The position numbers were made by a program, and so were the translations under genes. Shown piece by piece: positions 50,077 through 63,839 of a stretch of DNA of 64,000 bases. This stretch comes from Blasia pusilla (Eukaryota): assembly GCA_050084515.1 (NCBI GenBank), contig CM114271.1:38874001-38938000 (forward strand), in the 5' to 3' direction. Below the pieces are notes generated by a model. It was not told the DNA's origin, made no database searches, and saw nothing but the letters and a program-made list of their open reading frames with translations. Each line of letters starts with the position of its first letter. Position 1 is the stretch's first letter.

Positions 50077-52867
50077 CTAGTTTGTATACTTTCGCTTCCT
50101 CCGTTCTCCAGCCCCAGCTCTCGTTGTAGGTTCTGCCTTAACAGGCACAGGAGGAAGAACTGGTGCCTGTGTGACAGGAGGAGGTGGGGGTGGAGCAGGT
50201 TCTTCCGGCAGAGGCCGTGGCAGAATGTGTTTTAGTCGGTTGTTTCGATGATGTTTCCAAAAGTAGAATTGTTGTCTATGTGCCACCTCCTGTACACAAA
50301 AAAACATGTAGACATGAAATTTCTTCAGGCATCTGATTAATTCTGGTGGATCCATTTCCATCTTAAGGCAGTTTGAACCTACACAAACTACAAGCATTCA
50401 CAATGTGTTTCACCACCAGTAACCTATCTTCAAGAAACTAAATATCAATATTCCAAAATATAACATTTCAAAACCTTGTTTGCTGGGTGAGCCATAGCAC
50501 TGCGGAATTGTGGACTTTGCAGCAACTCAAGAAAGAAGAGGGCATGAGGATACCTGCGACATTCAAGGGAATAATCAGCCACAAACTGAACCAAATTGCT
50601 CAAAAACATCAACTGGAGTCGAGTCATCTCAAGTTCGTGTGCTTTTGGTTTACAAGAAAAACAATCAAAGATGGCAGTTGCTGAAAGCTGTTGCTAGTGC
50701 TTGGATGATCCAGCTTTGACAAGACTAGCGCTCAAGTTCAGTTTCAACCATACACTTGGTGATAGGACACTACACCCACATTATTTGGCAAAGCAAAAAT
50801 CCGCCCTTTTGAGATGGACAACTGAGTAATTTCATCCAACACTAAGGAAGGGGACAAGGACATCAAGCCATTCCCATACAAACATTATGGTAGGAAGGGT
50901 TTAATTCCAGTGTCTAACCTTGAACTTATGTGGCCTAAGAAGTGGTCAAGGAGAAGAAGGGGTATGCTCTCTTATGGATATCACACCGCATAAGTACCAT
51001 CTTCTAGATCTCACCCAAAAGACAGCTTTCTCTGGACCATGCTTGCTCAATTCAAGACAGGGTCCACAAAAACCTGACTGTCTCTTAACCTCAGGTCAGT
51101 AAAATCACCGGTAAGTAAGTACCTTTAGTAAGAACCTGTCTATCTCTTATACCTACTTTAAGACTACCTCAGCCAAGAGACAAGTCCAGGAACCATTGAG
51201 GATCCCAAGTATTTACCACCATTATACCGTGATTAAGGCCTGAACTAGTTTGCACTGTAAGTTTACCCACAGCCTTCATAACCTTAATCACTATACTGAA
51301 GGACATGGTGTGTTTTGCCGGGAACAGAGTGAATTGAAAAGACCTAATTTGTGCACAGAGTTTTAGTCAAGATACTACATTGATGAAATACTATGTTGAC
51401 CCTTCTGGATCCATGCCTTCACTCGCTTTCCTAGACACTACTGTCAAAGAAGCCATCGACCAGACCCATAAACTATATTTTGTGAATCTCAGACTCTCCA
51501 AGGAGCAAGCTGGTTTTCTAGGCCTAACACTGACAAATGACAAGACGGCATTCTCCATGAGAAGGACATCACCAATGAATAAGCACCCACACACACCTTG
51601 GCACCAAGAGAAATTCAGTGAAAATAGACACTTAGGGCCAACTGTGTAGTTGCCAAAACTACTGAACATCTACATACAAAAAATGTAACAAGGCCTCTAG
51701 AATGGCAATCCTTCCCAGGAAAATTTGATCTCAAGTATTCCTTCAGATCTCTTGAAGAAAGTATCATCCTCATGACCTAAAGTTCACCTAGTGCAACCAA
51801 TTTTTGGTGCAGTAGTATAACCTTCTAAATAAGAAAGTTCACTTATTTGTATGTCTCAGTTACATCTCACAGGGGAGGCAAGATCTGCCAAACAACTTCC
51901 AGTCTGTAACAATATGAATACAGCCATAACGCGCGAGTACAAAGAGCCTAGCTTCTGCCAATCTCTGTTAGAGCCAATTGCCAAAACATAAGTTAGCTCG
52001 TGAGACATGCTCACAAGGAGTTAGGTCATTTTGGAGTCAAGCGTACGTATGACTTGCTTCAGATTCAGTATTGATAGTGTGGTATGCGAACTGATGTTCC
52101 TCACGTCTCATTCAGAGCCCACGAGCTCTATGCTCTTTTGAGGTGATTTTGTTTCTTGAGTACCCTTGAGACTTGCAACAGAACGCTTTCATCCTTGCGT
52201 AATTAAAATTCCAACTATAGGATCGCTCACTGAAGTTCCAAGTCCTCTTTGTTTCAATAAAGTAAGCCACTAAATGTACATTTCAACACTGGCAGAATCG
52301 CGAGGCGAGGTGCTGCAGAAGAAAACAAGTTCGTTTTTCACTTCCAATTAGAGGCACAGGAGACAGGTTTGGTGCACACAGAATGAGTGAAGAAAACCAA
52401 GCATGAGGTGGAATCTCCCTAATCCTGGACAGCCTTCGAGATATTCCCGTGAAGAAAGAGGCAACTCACACAATAAACTTTGAATATTCAGGGCGCTGCC
52501 AGTACTGGAGGTACTTAAGGTAGCCCACAAATGCCTCATCATCAAAATAACGATTTTGCGCTAAATCTGCAAAAGCAAACAGAACGTCAGGTGTTATTCG
52601 TTTCGACTAAAATTCGTACTTGTCATGAGATCAGCCGGTGATAACCTACGTGTACGTTCTCCTGAAAATTAAGACTTAAAGCAAACTTTGCATAGAAGGA
52701 AACGGAACACAAGTATCCATATGAATGAAATGAGAGAGAGAGCACTCACAATGTATGTAAGTAGGATTGGCCAGACATTGGATAAATTCAAGCTCAAGCT
52801 CAAACCGCTGGCGACCTCCGTCAGTCTCTTTCAAACCCCCGTCCTTGACGCCTCCATCGTTCTGCAT
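50077..52867 (-). CDS. MED31: Mediator subunit 31 (SOH1); exons 52867-52750, 52566-52470, 50553-50475, 50289-50077; ~168 aa
   Basis: RFELELEFIQCLANPTYIH|YLAQNRYFDDEAFVGYLKYLQYWQRPEYSKFIV|YPHALFFLELLQSPQFRSAMAHPANK|EVAHRQQFYFW; GT-AG introns with consistent phases. Start codon and extreme C-terminus are less certain. Confidence 0.95.
52000..52100 (+). mobile_element. ~100-bp Gypsy integrase fragment in MED31 intron 2
   Basis: GTGAGACATGCTCACAAGGAGTTAGGTCATTTTGGAGTCAAGCGTACG aligns with 41541-41640. Confidence 0.75.
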
Positions 52868-54946
52868 ACTGAACGACGAAACGAAATCTCACATTCCCTC
52901 TAAAGCCTTACCTTCCCATCCAACTCCTCTCGATCTGCTGCGTCTCGATCTCCTCACTCTGCCCCACCTCCCGAAACCCTTCCCTCCCCACCACACACAC
53001 AACTGTCCTCTCCCACGAACAACAAAAATCTCCTGTCGGTCTTCCGCCCCTGCTCCTCCCTCTCCCACTGCCCCAACAAACCCACCGATTCCACAATCAC
53101 CTCACCCGAATTCAAACCACCTCAAGTTACATCAATTCACTCATTCTTCACCTCTCCCTATTCTCAATCTCCTGAGGCTCCTTCTTCCTTCAACTACGGC
53201 TCTTCGAATCCGCTCAAAAGAGAAAAGCAGAACTGGAATAAGAGCATCGCCTCTTCCCGACTTCTACCGCCTCCTCCTCCCACGGTACAGACAGAGCTTC
53301 CGCTTCTGAAGAACTGCAGACGCATCTCCAGAAAGCGCAATTCAGCGATTCGGGCAACTCATGTTTGAGCTATATTTCACGCCTTTCTTTCCGTCCGTCT
53401 GCGCACTCGTTCCTGTCCCTCTCAGTCGCAAAGCTCCGTGTAGACTGACCAGCATAATTTCATTTGGGGTTGTATTTTTATATTCAAAGAATTAGACATA
53501 TGATGAACTTAAATTATTTTCATTAGTTTAATCCTGTTACGCACCAAATTTAGATGTGATTGAAAACTTAATGAAATTATTTTGAAGAGGAGGTAAATAA
53601 GAAAATGGCTAAATTTTGAAACAAATTTATTTTAATATTTGGAAAAACAGCAAAGAATTATGAGAAAAACAAAAGGGGTTATTACTTGGGTTGAGAGAAA
53701 CCCACTTCGTCAAAGTCATGGGCTAAGATCATTGTTGAAGGTCTAGGGTATCCACGGGGCACTCGGAAGGGTGCCCCGTGGACCTAAAAGATCTCCAAAT
53801 ACTTATAGAATCCTCTTATCAATCGATATGAGGAGATGGCTAAACACCTGCAGAATCATCTCTCCCAAACGAAAATCTTAGGGCATGTAGACCTCCATCA
53901 AGTATCACAAATCCATTTAGTAAACAAAAGTCAAAAGGGTAGACATTATGGGGATTATGCTTTGCACTTCCTCATTCATGTTAATATTGGAGGGTGCCTT
54001 TTCATTTTGTAAACATCTTTCCTCTTGACATTTGGCGTTTTCAACCAATCAGATCGATCACTATTTGAGAAGGAGACAAAGTTACATGGAAATTTCTAAA
54101 ATGATACATGAAACCTTAATATAAACCAAAATCAAATAACATGCAATAAAATGAATATACTTCATTACATGGATATGAAGAGCATCTTGAGCGGGTTGTT
54201 TTGACATTTCACACTCCCAAAAAAGTAACCCACTCCGTACTCCCCTCTTGAGTCCTTTCACTCCGTACCACCTCCCCTCCCCTTTGCTTAGTCTCTAGTA
54301 CGTAATGAGTATAGCGAGGATCCAATGTGGCACTAATGCATCACCAAAGCAATTTTTTGGGGATTAGGAAAGGAATGAAGAAAATTTGAAGATTTCTTAA
54401 AAAGAAGGTAGGAAATTTCTTTCAAAGATGAAAGTTGGGAGAATTTTTTCCCAAAAAAATTCTATAATATTATTTTCATTAGGGATTAATAAATTTAAAA
54501 TAACTTATGGATCCCATGTGTCTTTTTTTTTTAAATGCAAAACTATTTTTTCACTAAGACAAGCTTGCTAATGCATTCAAAATTCTATCAATTTTTTCAT
54601 TGAGAGTTGTTCATTATTTTGTTGTCATTTGATTTTACTTTAGTATATTTATTTTCAATTTTAAATATAAGAACTATTCAAGCATCACATGAGCAATTAA
54701 ATTAGTAAGGTCGAAGGAGAAATTTTTTCTATGCGTAAGGGGAAAGAATTTTTTTTTAGAATGAGAAAGTGGGGTGAAGGGCTCCCTATTTCAAGGCTTC
54801 GTTGGATTTCCTTTTTGTAATTTATTCTTTACCTACTATTATGGGTTATGATAGATGAAATGACCTATATGCATAGATCATTGTGGAATGAGCCTAGAGA
54901 GTTCATTCTCTTTTTGTTGAGCCTCTTCTATGAGGCAACATAAGAT

Positions 54947-56270
54947 TGTCGTGCGCTTAGATACTCATCACTCCACAATCCACATTGTTGATCACATCTA
55001 TACACAAAATATCACTAATCTTCCCAACACACGGGTAGATCTGCACATACTTAAATATAGACTCGGATAGATTTGCAAATATACAAAAATAGACTTAGGT
55101 ATGTACACCAAGACTATATAATGTTCACGTGCGCATACACATTACTATATAATTGACATCATTCATTGCAACTACACACCAAACATCATCGATCTTCCCA
55201 ACATAGAGATAAATCCACACAAAAGAAAGACTCATGCATGTACACTAAGACGACATAACCGCCTTTGTAATTTGTGGTTAGTTCCACTACCTCCAAGTAC
55301 CATATATCACATCAACACAACATGCTCTATAACCTTATACATATTTGGGACGTAACCATCATTCCGTGGGAACCACATCAAGAGGCACGTTTAGACCTGA
55401 CATGTGTCACCCTCTAGAATAATCATCACACACCAACAAGGTGGCTACATCCCTCGAAAATTTCACAAAGTTATCAACAACCAAGGTCATTCACACAACT
55501 CCTACATACGCAAGCACTCTATACTCACAAATACGCTACACACGAAAGGAGTTTACACTTGACACCATCTCTACACCCATCCGGCATAAGGTCTATCCAA
55601 TACCTAGCATCCTTAATGACAAGAGACAAGTGCAAGAATATAGTGGGACTCAAATAGGTAACGTAAACATGCGTGCCATCACCCTACTATGCAATCAACA
55701 ATAATTGCTGCATGTCGTATGGAAACCTTTGTGGCACCATAATTTCCTCAAATAACAAGTTGAACTTCCCATCAACAAATTCGGACTACCCATCGGCATC
55801 AGCACATGTATCACCACCTCTACCACTCTATTGCGAATGGTCGATGGGGATCATTCATCTCAACCCTCGTCAGCATAATATTGGCGAGTCAGAACTCTGT
55901 TGAAAAATCTTGATGGCTAGCGGATCCTACCCCAAATAATGATCCATGACTTGAGTCTCAAGTCAAAAAATTCAAGGAAAATTTCTCCTTCCAAATCTCA
56001 TGTTGCGCTCTTGTTGATGCTAGCTACCCGCATGCTACACCTAAGCGCTACTCCCCAAAACTTTGCTACTACCCTACGTTAATTTGCTACTAGAAAAGCT
56101 CGTTAAAGAAAAGGCACTACTTTTGTGCACGACCTTCCAAATGGAAAAATTGACCTAACATCAAATACAACATCTCTCCAAAGGCTCTCTAGCAATGCGA
56201 CTCAATTGCCCACCTGCACACATCAAATCCCTCCTACCCCCTTACATCTTTCTCAAGTGAAATCAAAACG
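54947..56270 (-). mobile_element. Internally deleted, decayed relative of the DNMT/PHD Gypsy element
   Basis: Terminus TGTCGTGCGC at 54947 is the reverse complement of the B2 end; two B-like repeats; PHD remnant LLVCDDYSRG*HMSGLNVPLDVVPTE at ~55330-55440; leader similar to 34478-34650 at ~56090-56262. Confidence 0.8.
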
Positions 56271-57479
56271 AAAGCGGAACACCATGTCGTATCCACTCTT
56301 GAATAATCACAAGGAAGAATATTGGAGATCGAGTTTTTATTCCAAGGATCCTATTGATCGCATTTGACTCCGGTTTGCCATTGTGATTTTATATAGGTTC
56401 CAATTCCCTATTCATCCAACATTTGCTTATGACAATTAACAAGTCTTAAGGTCAAATTCTACAAAAGGTGAGAATTTATTTTCCTATTCCAATTTTCTCT
56501 CATGATCAATCATAAGTTACATCATTTAGAATATGGATGCGGAGTTCCATCCTTACTTCGATTAGAACTGACAAACATTCAAACAAAGAAGAGAACTAGA
56601 CACAAAATCTAACGTTAAAAAAACACTCCAATGAAATAGAATATTTCATTCATGTACAAATGCATATCATTCCCTCTCAGCACCGATGCCCCTCAGTAGT
56701 TGGATAGGGTAATTTACATTATTATTGGAGAGTGCCTAACTGATTTGCAAACACATGTCTGTATGACACATGACAATCATGCAACAAAAAAAATTTCCCA
56801 TCTTATGGGCAGTAAGAAATTTTTCTTGAATTAATGTCCCTTCACTCCTTTACATGGCATGTGTCAAAATTTTACACATCTAAGTTTTACATTGGTAAAA
56901 ATTAGATGATAAGATACTGTTAAAAAAGTAACTTTCAGCGATAATAGTTCAAACCACAAGACCCATCACTATCAATATACCATGGTCTTGGGAAAGCGGA
57001 AAAAAAGGTGCCTCACTCCTATTCATCCTCGAGTTAAGTGGGGACGGACACTTAGACAAAAACTAGCACACAAGCCGGATTCTAATTTCGCACGAGGGTA
57101 GTCGCCCATTTTGCTATAACCTCCTGCACAATTACATTAAAAATGCACACTTACATTAAAAATGTAAAAGCTTTATTCTCATTCCAAAGGGATTTTGAGA
57201 AAGAGTTAACTAACTCAACCATGAGGATGAAATAGGCGCGAGGGAAGGGTATGGTAACCTAGCAGGAGAACGGAAAACGTATTTGACGTACGTTTGGCTC
57301 AACCTTCCGTCGACTTCCGTACGCTACGTGATTGTGCCATTGAGGCAATCGGAGAACTTTTGTATTGTGCGTTTGGAACGAGGCGTTTATTTGAGAAGGA
57401 TTCTGGAAGTGCTAATCTGAGATGAGAAGTTTCATGTGAAAAGGATCTCAGGGAGCCCTATGAACAGGAAAGGAGGAGG

Positions 57480-57850
57480 CACGAGATCAAGAAGAGGTTG
57501 ATGCGAAATCGGTGGTGATATGAGAATCGGTAGGATTATCGGGAGAGTCCGACGAGGAGCGGGAGCGAGAGACGGATAGGGGTACATTATAACTTTAATT
57601 TTTTTGAAAAAAATTTGTAGGATAGGCAAATGGAAAAGTGAAAGGAGTTGGAGCTCCAACAGATTGAGAGGAGTTGGATGGAAGCGTGAGGTTTTGTTTC
57701 GGCTTTCATTCTACGGACCGATGGAGTATTTGTCGAAGATGGCGTTCTGAAAGAGACGGATGGAGGTCGCTAATAGTTTGACCTTCAGATTGAATTTGTT
57801 CAATGCCTGACTTATCCAACCTACATGCATTGTGAGCTCTCTCTCTCTCT
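57480..57850 (+). pseudogene. MED31: Inverted partial duplicate of the MED31 5' leader and exon 1
   Basis: Translates EDGVLKETDGGR**FDLQIEFVQCLTYPTYMH followed by GTGAG; upstream CAGATTGAGAGGAGTTGGATGG matches the MED31 leader. Confidence 0.88.
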
Positions 57851-59501
57851 CGGCAGCAAACCTAAATGAGTACCTTTTATTCAATTCTGAAGATTTTTCT
57901 CAGTCTGAATTTTTTTGGGTCTCGACCAGCAGAGTAGTGATGGAGGTCCATTTTTGCCAGCTGCCTCCATCACTTCAACTTGGCAGTGACGCATCCCCCG
58001 GTGCCTCCACTCCTCAGATCTCACAGTAACCTTTGCAGATCTTGAGGAATCTGACTTCATACCCCCGAATGCTTTCAGCTGCACAGCTTGGAGCCTATCA
58101 GTCTGTTTGATGCTAGCATCCTACGCGGTTGCACCGTATTCTATTGAGGACCAAGTGTAGTGCAGAATGATAGAGTTTAATTCAGACATCATGCTGTGGG
58201 CCGTGTACGACCCACGCCCAACAATGTGAACCTCTGGAATTACCAGGGCCTTCAAGTGCTTATTCACTAGTCACCTCTGTGGAGTGACGTCTGCCCGCTG
58301 AACCAGGTTCAAGAGACTCACTACGGAGTAAGTCATGGCATCATCTCCGAACTTCAATAGCTCACTCACCACCTCCTTTGTGTTTCACAAGCTCTTGGAT
58401 TGCCACTCCCAGCTTTGCCAGGAGAGGAAATAACCTTATAGGCCGTCCAGATCAAACTCATATTTTCTCATCGGATCTGAATGAAATCCTTGACTGATAA
58501 CTCTAATCACAGATATTCAACTTGTTTTACCCTGCAAAATATCTCAAAAGAAGGTTACTACCCAGTTCTTAGAAGTGGTAAGCCCACACTCATGAAATCT
58601 GTTCTGCAGTGACCATCATCCTACCATCTTTTCTGTCTGGGCTTTTACATCATTTTTTTGTTTCGTTGCCTTCCTCAATTTCTGCTGTGTGATACAGAAT
58701 TGTCGGCAAAGTCATTGATAGGTGAGTATTCTGCTCCGGTCACATCTGGTGGTTGAGCTAGTCCTATAATGTAGTGTCTGTTGTAGTGTTGTGATCATAG
58801 ACCCCATGCCCTGGTTGGGCAGTGCTAGAAGGATGAAGAAGTGAAGAAAGTACCATATGAGAGGAGAGAGGCTCTCTCAGATAGTGGGTGTATATCATAC
58901 ATAGTTTTTGTTCGGAGCTTCTAGGTGTCCACCAAGAAACGTTTTACAACACTTACCTGTTTTGGATCTCAAAAGACAATACTTAGCAGTGCAGCAGCGT
59001 TGGGCAGTGAATCCAGGAAAATGGTGAACAGATCCATTTGTAAGAAGTTAGCAATTTGAACATAGGTTGTTGCTCCGTGCAGTAAATTTGGTCCCAGAGA
59101 AGGGGGTTTTCATCCCCACAAGAAAGAGGGAGACGGTACTCATTAAGTAGTGCCTGTTGTGGCCTTGCGACCATAGACCCCGCGCCCTGGTTGGACGGTG
59201 CTTGAGACTGGGATGGGTGTAGAGAGAGAAGCAAGTGAAGAAGGTACCATATGAGAGGAGGGAGAAGGGTTTAGGGTTTAGGAAGATAAACCTAGAGGCT
59301 GGTGGAACTGGTTATTTAAGGTGTTAGCTCAGTGGAATGATTTTGTCCTCAGGTGATGATATGCAGGTCTGGGAGGTCTAGAGACTGGAAATGATCGAAT
59401 CATGTACCATGCCTAAAACGGGTTGCCATTCTTAAACTTGGTGGCAGCAATTTTGCTCTGGTCTTCTTAGACATCAATAGATTGCAAACAGGCTGGATCC
59501 A

Positions 59502-61979
59502 ATGGGGGCACCCGGCCCATTGGGACAAGTGCCCATGCCCACGGCGACACCTGGCACAGACATGACCAGCATCAGTTTCCGGGATCAGCTGTGGCTCAAC
59601 TCTTTTCCCTTAGATCGTGGATTGGTGTTTGATTACTTTGCACTCTCGCCTTTCTACGACCGATCATGCTCCAATGAGCAACTTCGAATGCGGTCAATCC
59701 ACCCTCTAGACTCAACCCAATTAACGTATGCTCTTTCCCCTGTACTCACGCACTTTGTATATGAAGCATTAACTGAATTTTTAAATGGCAATTGTATAGA
59801 TATACCAGTTCTACTCATTTGCTTCTGATGTGTAGATAACATGACTTAGGTTTCCACATGTATTCTGATTGGTCTGTGATGGAGCCTATTAGGAGAAAAG
59901 GAGTTGGTGAATTGTTCTTAAAAAACTGAGAGATATTAATTTTGATGGTTTTGGAGCAGAAAAATGACAGGGCTTGAGTACATATTGCATGATGCGCAAG
60001 AGCCTCATCTTTTTGTTATCCGTAAGCAAAAGCGTGACGGCCCAGAGAAAGTTTCAGTAATTTCTGCATACTATGTTCTGGATGGCTCCATCTACCAAGC
60101 TCCACAGCTGTATAGCGTGATTGGTTCCAGGGCTGTGAGTAGCTTCTTCAACCAATTCTTGGAGTAATTTTTTTCGTCATACTTGTATTTGAAGAGTTTC
60201 TTCTCCAAGTATTTCTAGTCATTTCAATGTGCATTTTAACTCCAGACATCCACATTCATCTCCAATCTTTGCTTGGAGCAGATAATAGTTTCCAGCATGG
60301 CCTTGAGTAAGTATGATTGGGCATTCTTCCCCAAATACACACATTTCTCATTTTAGTCTCTACACTAGACCAAACCAGGATGCCATGGAAACCTCAAAGA
60401 AAACCAGGATGCCATGTAAAAGCATTACTAACAATAGAATTACCTGGCTCACAGGTCCGTGCGCTTTATCACATCTCTCAGGCCTTTTCTCAGGCAGCTG
60501 CAAAACTTGAAAGAATTGGACATGGTGAGTTCCCACCCACATTGTGAAGATCCACACAAATTTGGTGTGTAAGAAGCAAGAATTTTTCAACGTACTTTTA
60601 ACTTGTGCAGTGAAGGGGTCATATTTTTTTATTTATGTGTGCTCGTGGGACTTGTAGCTCAAGCTGGAAGTGCTAATTGTCAGTATCGAGAATTGGAGTT
60701 TTCTTCCTTTTAATTACATGCTAAGGTGCAACCAATACGGACTAAAGCGTGTCATGGATATTCTAAACTCAAGGCAACAATAGTTTTGCCCCGAGTTTTT
60801 TTTTAAATCATAAAATATGACTCATTTTTTAGTACAAGTAAAAAATAGGAATTCTTAGCAAAGAAGAATCAAGAGATTAAGATGGAACAGCCACAATCAT
60901 AATACTTTCTTGTCCAAATTCTTCATGCTCTGGGAAACTTGCCGAGAGACTTTTTAATTATAAAAGATCATGCTAAGTAACTCTGTAATTGTTTAGTAGG
61001 AGGCGTCTGCTTACTATTTGGTGTTTTCCTTAGCTATGATGAACTCAAGTCGCCTTGCTGGATCATGTCTCTCTGTAGAGCGTTTGACTACGCTATACTT
61101 ATGAACTTATGTTTTATCCAATTTTTTCCTTTTTTATAATTTCTGTTTATGCACTCTCTACTTCATAACCTACCTAGGTGTGCTGCATTCTCTTCAATTT
61201 CTCTCAGGTCCTTTCTCCATGATTATACTACCCAATACACTCTATTCAGCTGTATTATTCATCAAATTTCCTGATTAAACCTCTGTGATGTATCTACCCC
61301 TGTCTTCACTGTTGAATTCGAAGATCACTGCCTGCACTCAGGCACTGGGTTTCCCAATACTACAAACAAACTTGACTGTTTGTTTTCTCCAGAGACACCT
61401 TTTTCTATGAAACCTGTGTTTGAGACAATATTGAGCGTTAATCTCTACTTCTGGACTTTTGTAGATACAGAAAGTGCAAATGTAAAGTCAGAAGATTCTG
61501 CAGAGGAGGCGGCAGCAAAGATTGCAGCAGATAAGACTCTAGATATTAAAGAAGTTGTCAGACTGGATCAGATTCTTGCTGGTGTTTTCCGAAGGGTAAT
61601 GACACTGAAAGCTTGCTAATCACACATGTTTTCAGGGTCCACTACTTTAATGGATAATTTTTTTTCCTCGTTGTTAGGGCTTTGAATAGTTTGCATGATC
61701 AGGATTTCACTCCACCAATTGAAGGCACTGCATATGCGCAGCTCATTTGTGTCAGCCACCCACCCACCTTATCATCTATTGGCAGAACTGAATCAACTGC
61801 TGACTGTTTACTGTTTGCAGTTACCTCCAGCTCCTCCTCCACCTAGTTTTCCTGTGGTAGCCCCACCTGCAGAAGTTCCACAAGCTCAAGGTGGTCCACA
61901 AGAAGTGGGTGGAGATGCTGTTGGAGGAACCACTATCGAGCAGGCGCCTGCTAAGCGGATCAAGACTGAGAAACAATAA
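59502..61979 (+). CDS. MED6: Mediator subunit 6; exons 59502-59725, 59960-60134, 60455-60524, 61465-61595, 61821-61979; ~252 aa
   Basis: [17 protein letters not shown]...[27 protein letters not shown]...[15 protein letters not shown]...[23 protein letters not shown] introns give one open frame. Confidence 0.95.
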
Positions 61980-63556
61980 GATGCAATTTACATATTGGTG
62001 GACAATCTAGATCCTTGTTTTAGCACTTCTCAGGAGTTTCCACAGCCTCTACAGACCAATTTTTCATCAAGCTTATAAAATAAGTGGTACGTAATGAAGC
62101 TATAGACTAGAGAATTTCTGTCTGGCTTCAAATGCTTAATCCAATGTGGAGTTCAATTGGAACTGTTGTTTATGTAACAAAAGCCGTCATAATATTGTGA
62201 GATCTATGCCTGTAGACTCGGGAGATTGTGACGAACTCGGGATGTCCTCTATGAATGCAGGTTTTCGTAATCAAGAAAGAATTTCTGAAGCAAGAGGTAG
62301 ATCCATGCAGTGATCTTTGCCTATGAAGAAGAAAGCCTTGAGTGAACCCAGAATGCTCTTCTTAGTTTTAATATCCCCTTTGCAATCCTGAATCTTGGTG
62401 ACTCCATTGACACACAGTACTTGTGAGAACCTTCTGCCCTCATTTCTGTGATGGATTGCAGGAGCTTTTGAGATGAGGTCATGGGCTTTGTAGACTGTGA
62501 ACTTGGCACAACAAATTTACTAAGAGCAGTAAGTAAAGTGTGATGGAAGCAAGGACCCAGAATATGTGGTACTGTTGGGAGTTGTTGTTTGGAGTTGGGA
62601 GTTAGTTTCATTGTTTTCTTGTATTGATGGTCATTGTAAATGTATCCTTGTCCTTGTCCTTTGTGATCTGCACTAGTCCTGTGGATTTGGGGGTTACGAT
62701 TTCTTAGACCCAAACTCTTCCTTCTCCAGTATGGCACCTTGATTCAGACCCATTTGTCGTTTGTCGATGAAAGAGCCGCCAAGGTTCACTTGTACCACAC
62801 TATGGTAAAACGACACACAAAGTAGCTACAGGACAGTTGCTCATATTCTTTAGGTTTGGGTTTAGGTTTTAGGGTAGCCATTTTAGTTGTGGAGTCAAGA
62901 TGAATGACTACCAAATTCATGAATCACCTTTTTAGAGCACTTGTGCCATGTGAGTCACGAGTTATGATAGTCTTTGGCCCAGGCTGCTGTGTATAACTTC
63001 AGGTTTCGTGTCCATGTCTGCAGTCACTTCTTTTCGAGTAGACTTCTTCATGGGCTCACATTTGACTTCAGAATCTGGCAACCTATCTTGGAGGGAAACT
63101 GGATTGCAATGATCGCATGGAACCAACTCCAAAAGCCCAGGGTCAATCAAAATGTCGGGCACCAAAGCAAAAACAATAATTGTCATCTCTGGGCCCCTGA
63201 TAAACTATCTGTCAAGAAGCATCCGCACCAGCATCACAAATAGAAGATGGATGGCCCATCGTTATCCTTTTCTAGCCTTTGGAAGTGTTAGAGATAGCCT
63301 TTAATGAGTCATCTGCCTGCTATTGGCGCTAAGGGCCAAGTGTAATCTACCTCTGTTGAGAAGCATCGTCATCATAATTCAGTCAAAACAGCAGGTCCCA
63401 AAGGCACTAGGAGATGATGCCAACTTGCTCCAGCTCCTGTCATGATTAGTTGAAATCACCAGACACCTACGAAAAGTTGCGCTAAAAACAAGCATGAACG
63501 TAAGAATCCAGATCTTTACATTCATGCCTATTTTTAGATGATCTTCTGATCTGGAT

Positions 63557-63839
63557 AAATTCTTTGTGAACCCCTACGACACGAGGCATAAAAACAGAGC
63601 TCATCATCCCTGTCCATTTTTTCGACATGATAAATAACATTTCATTTATGTCTTTAATCTCCAAATGCTTTAAACTTCGACACATGGGCATGGTTATTTG
63701 CAATGCATGATGTTGTAATAAAGGTTCAAGAAGATAAATTGTTTGAAAGGAAGACATCACATTATATTACCGCGAACTCTTCCCCTTTGTTAGAAAGTCT
63801 TCTTATACCTTGGGTCCTAGGGCTTCACAAAGAATTTAT
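63557..63839. repeat. Imperfect ~42-bp inverted repeat pair (MITE-like or foldback)
   Basis: TAAATTCTTTGTGAACCCCTACGACACGAGGCATAA versus reverse complement TAAATTCTTTGTGAAGCCCTAGGACCCAAGGTATAA. Confidence 0.6.

Noticed and set aside
52767-53309. 180-aa Pro/Ser-rich ORF
   Set aside because: Antisense to the purine-rich MED31 leader and exon 1.
62321-63480. Possible minus-strand gene fragments
   Set aside because: No recognisable domain or consistent splice structure.
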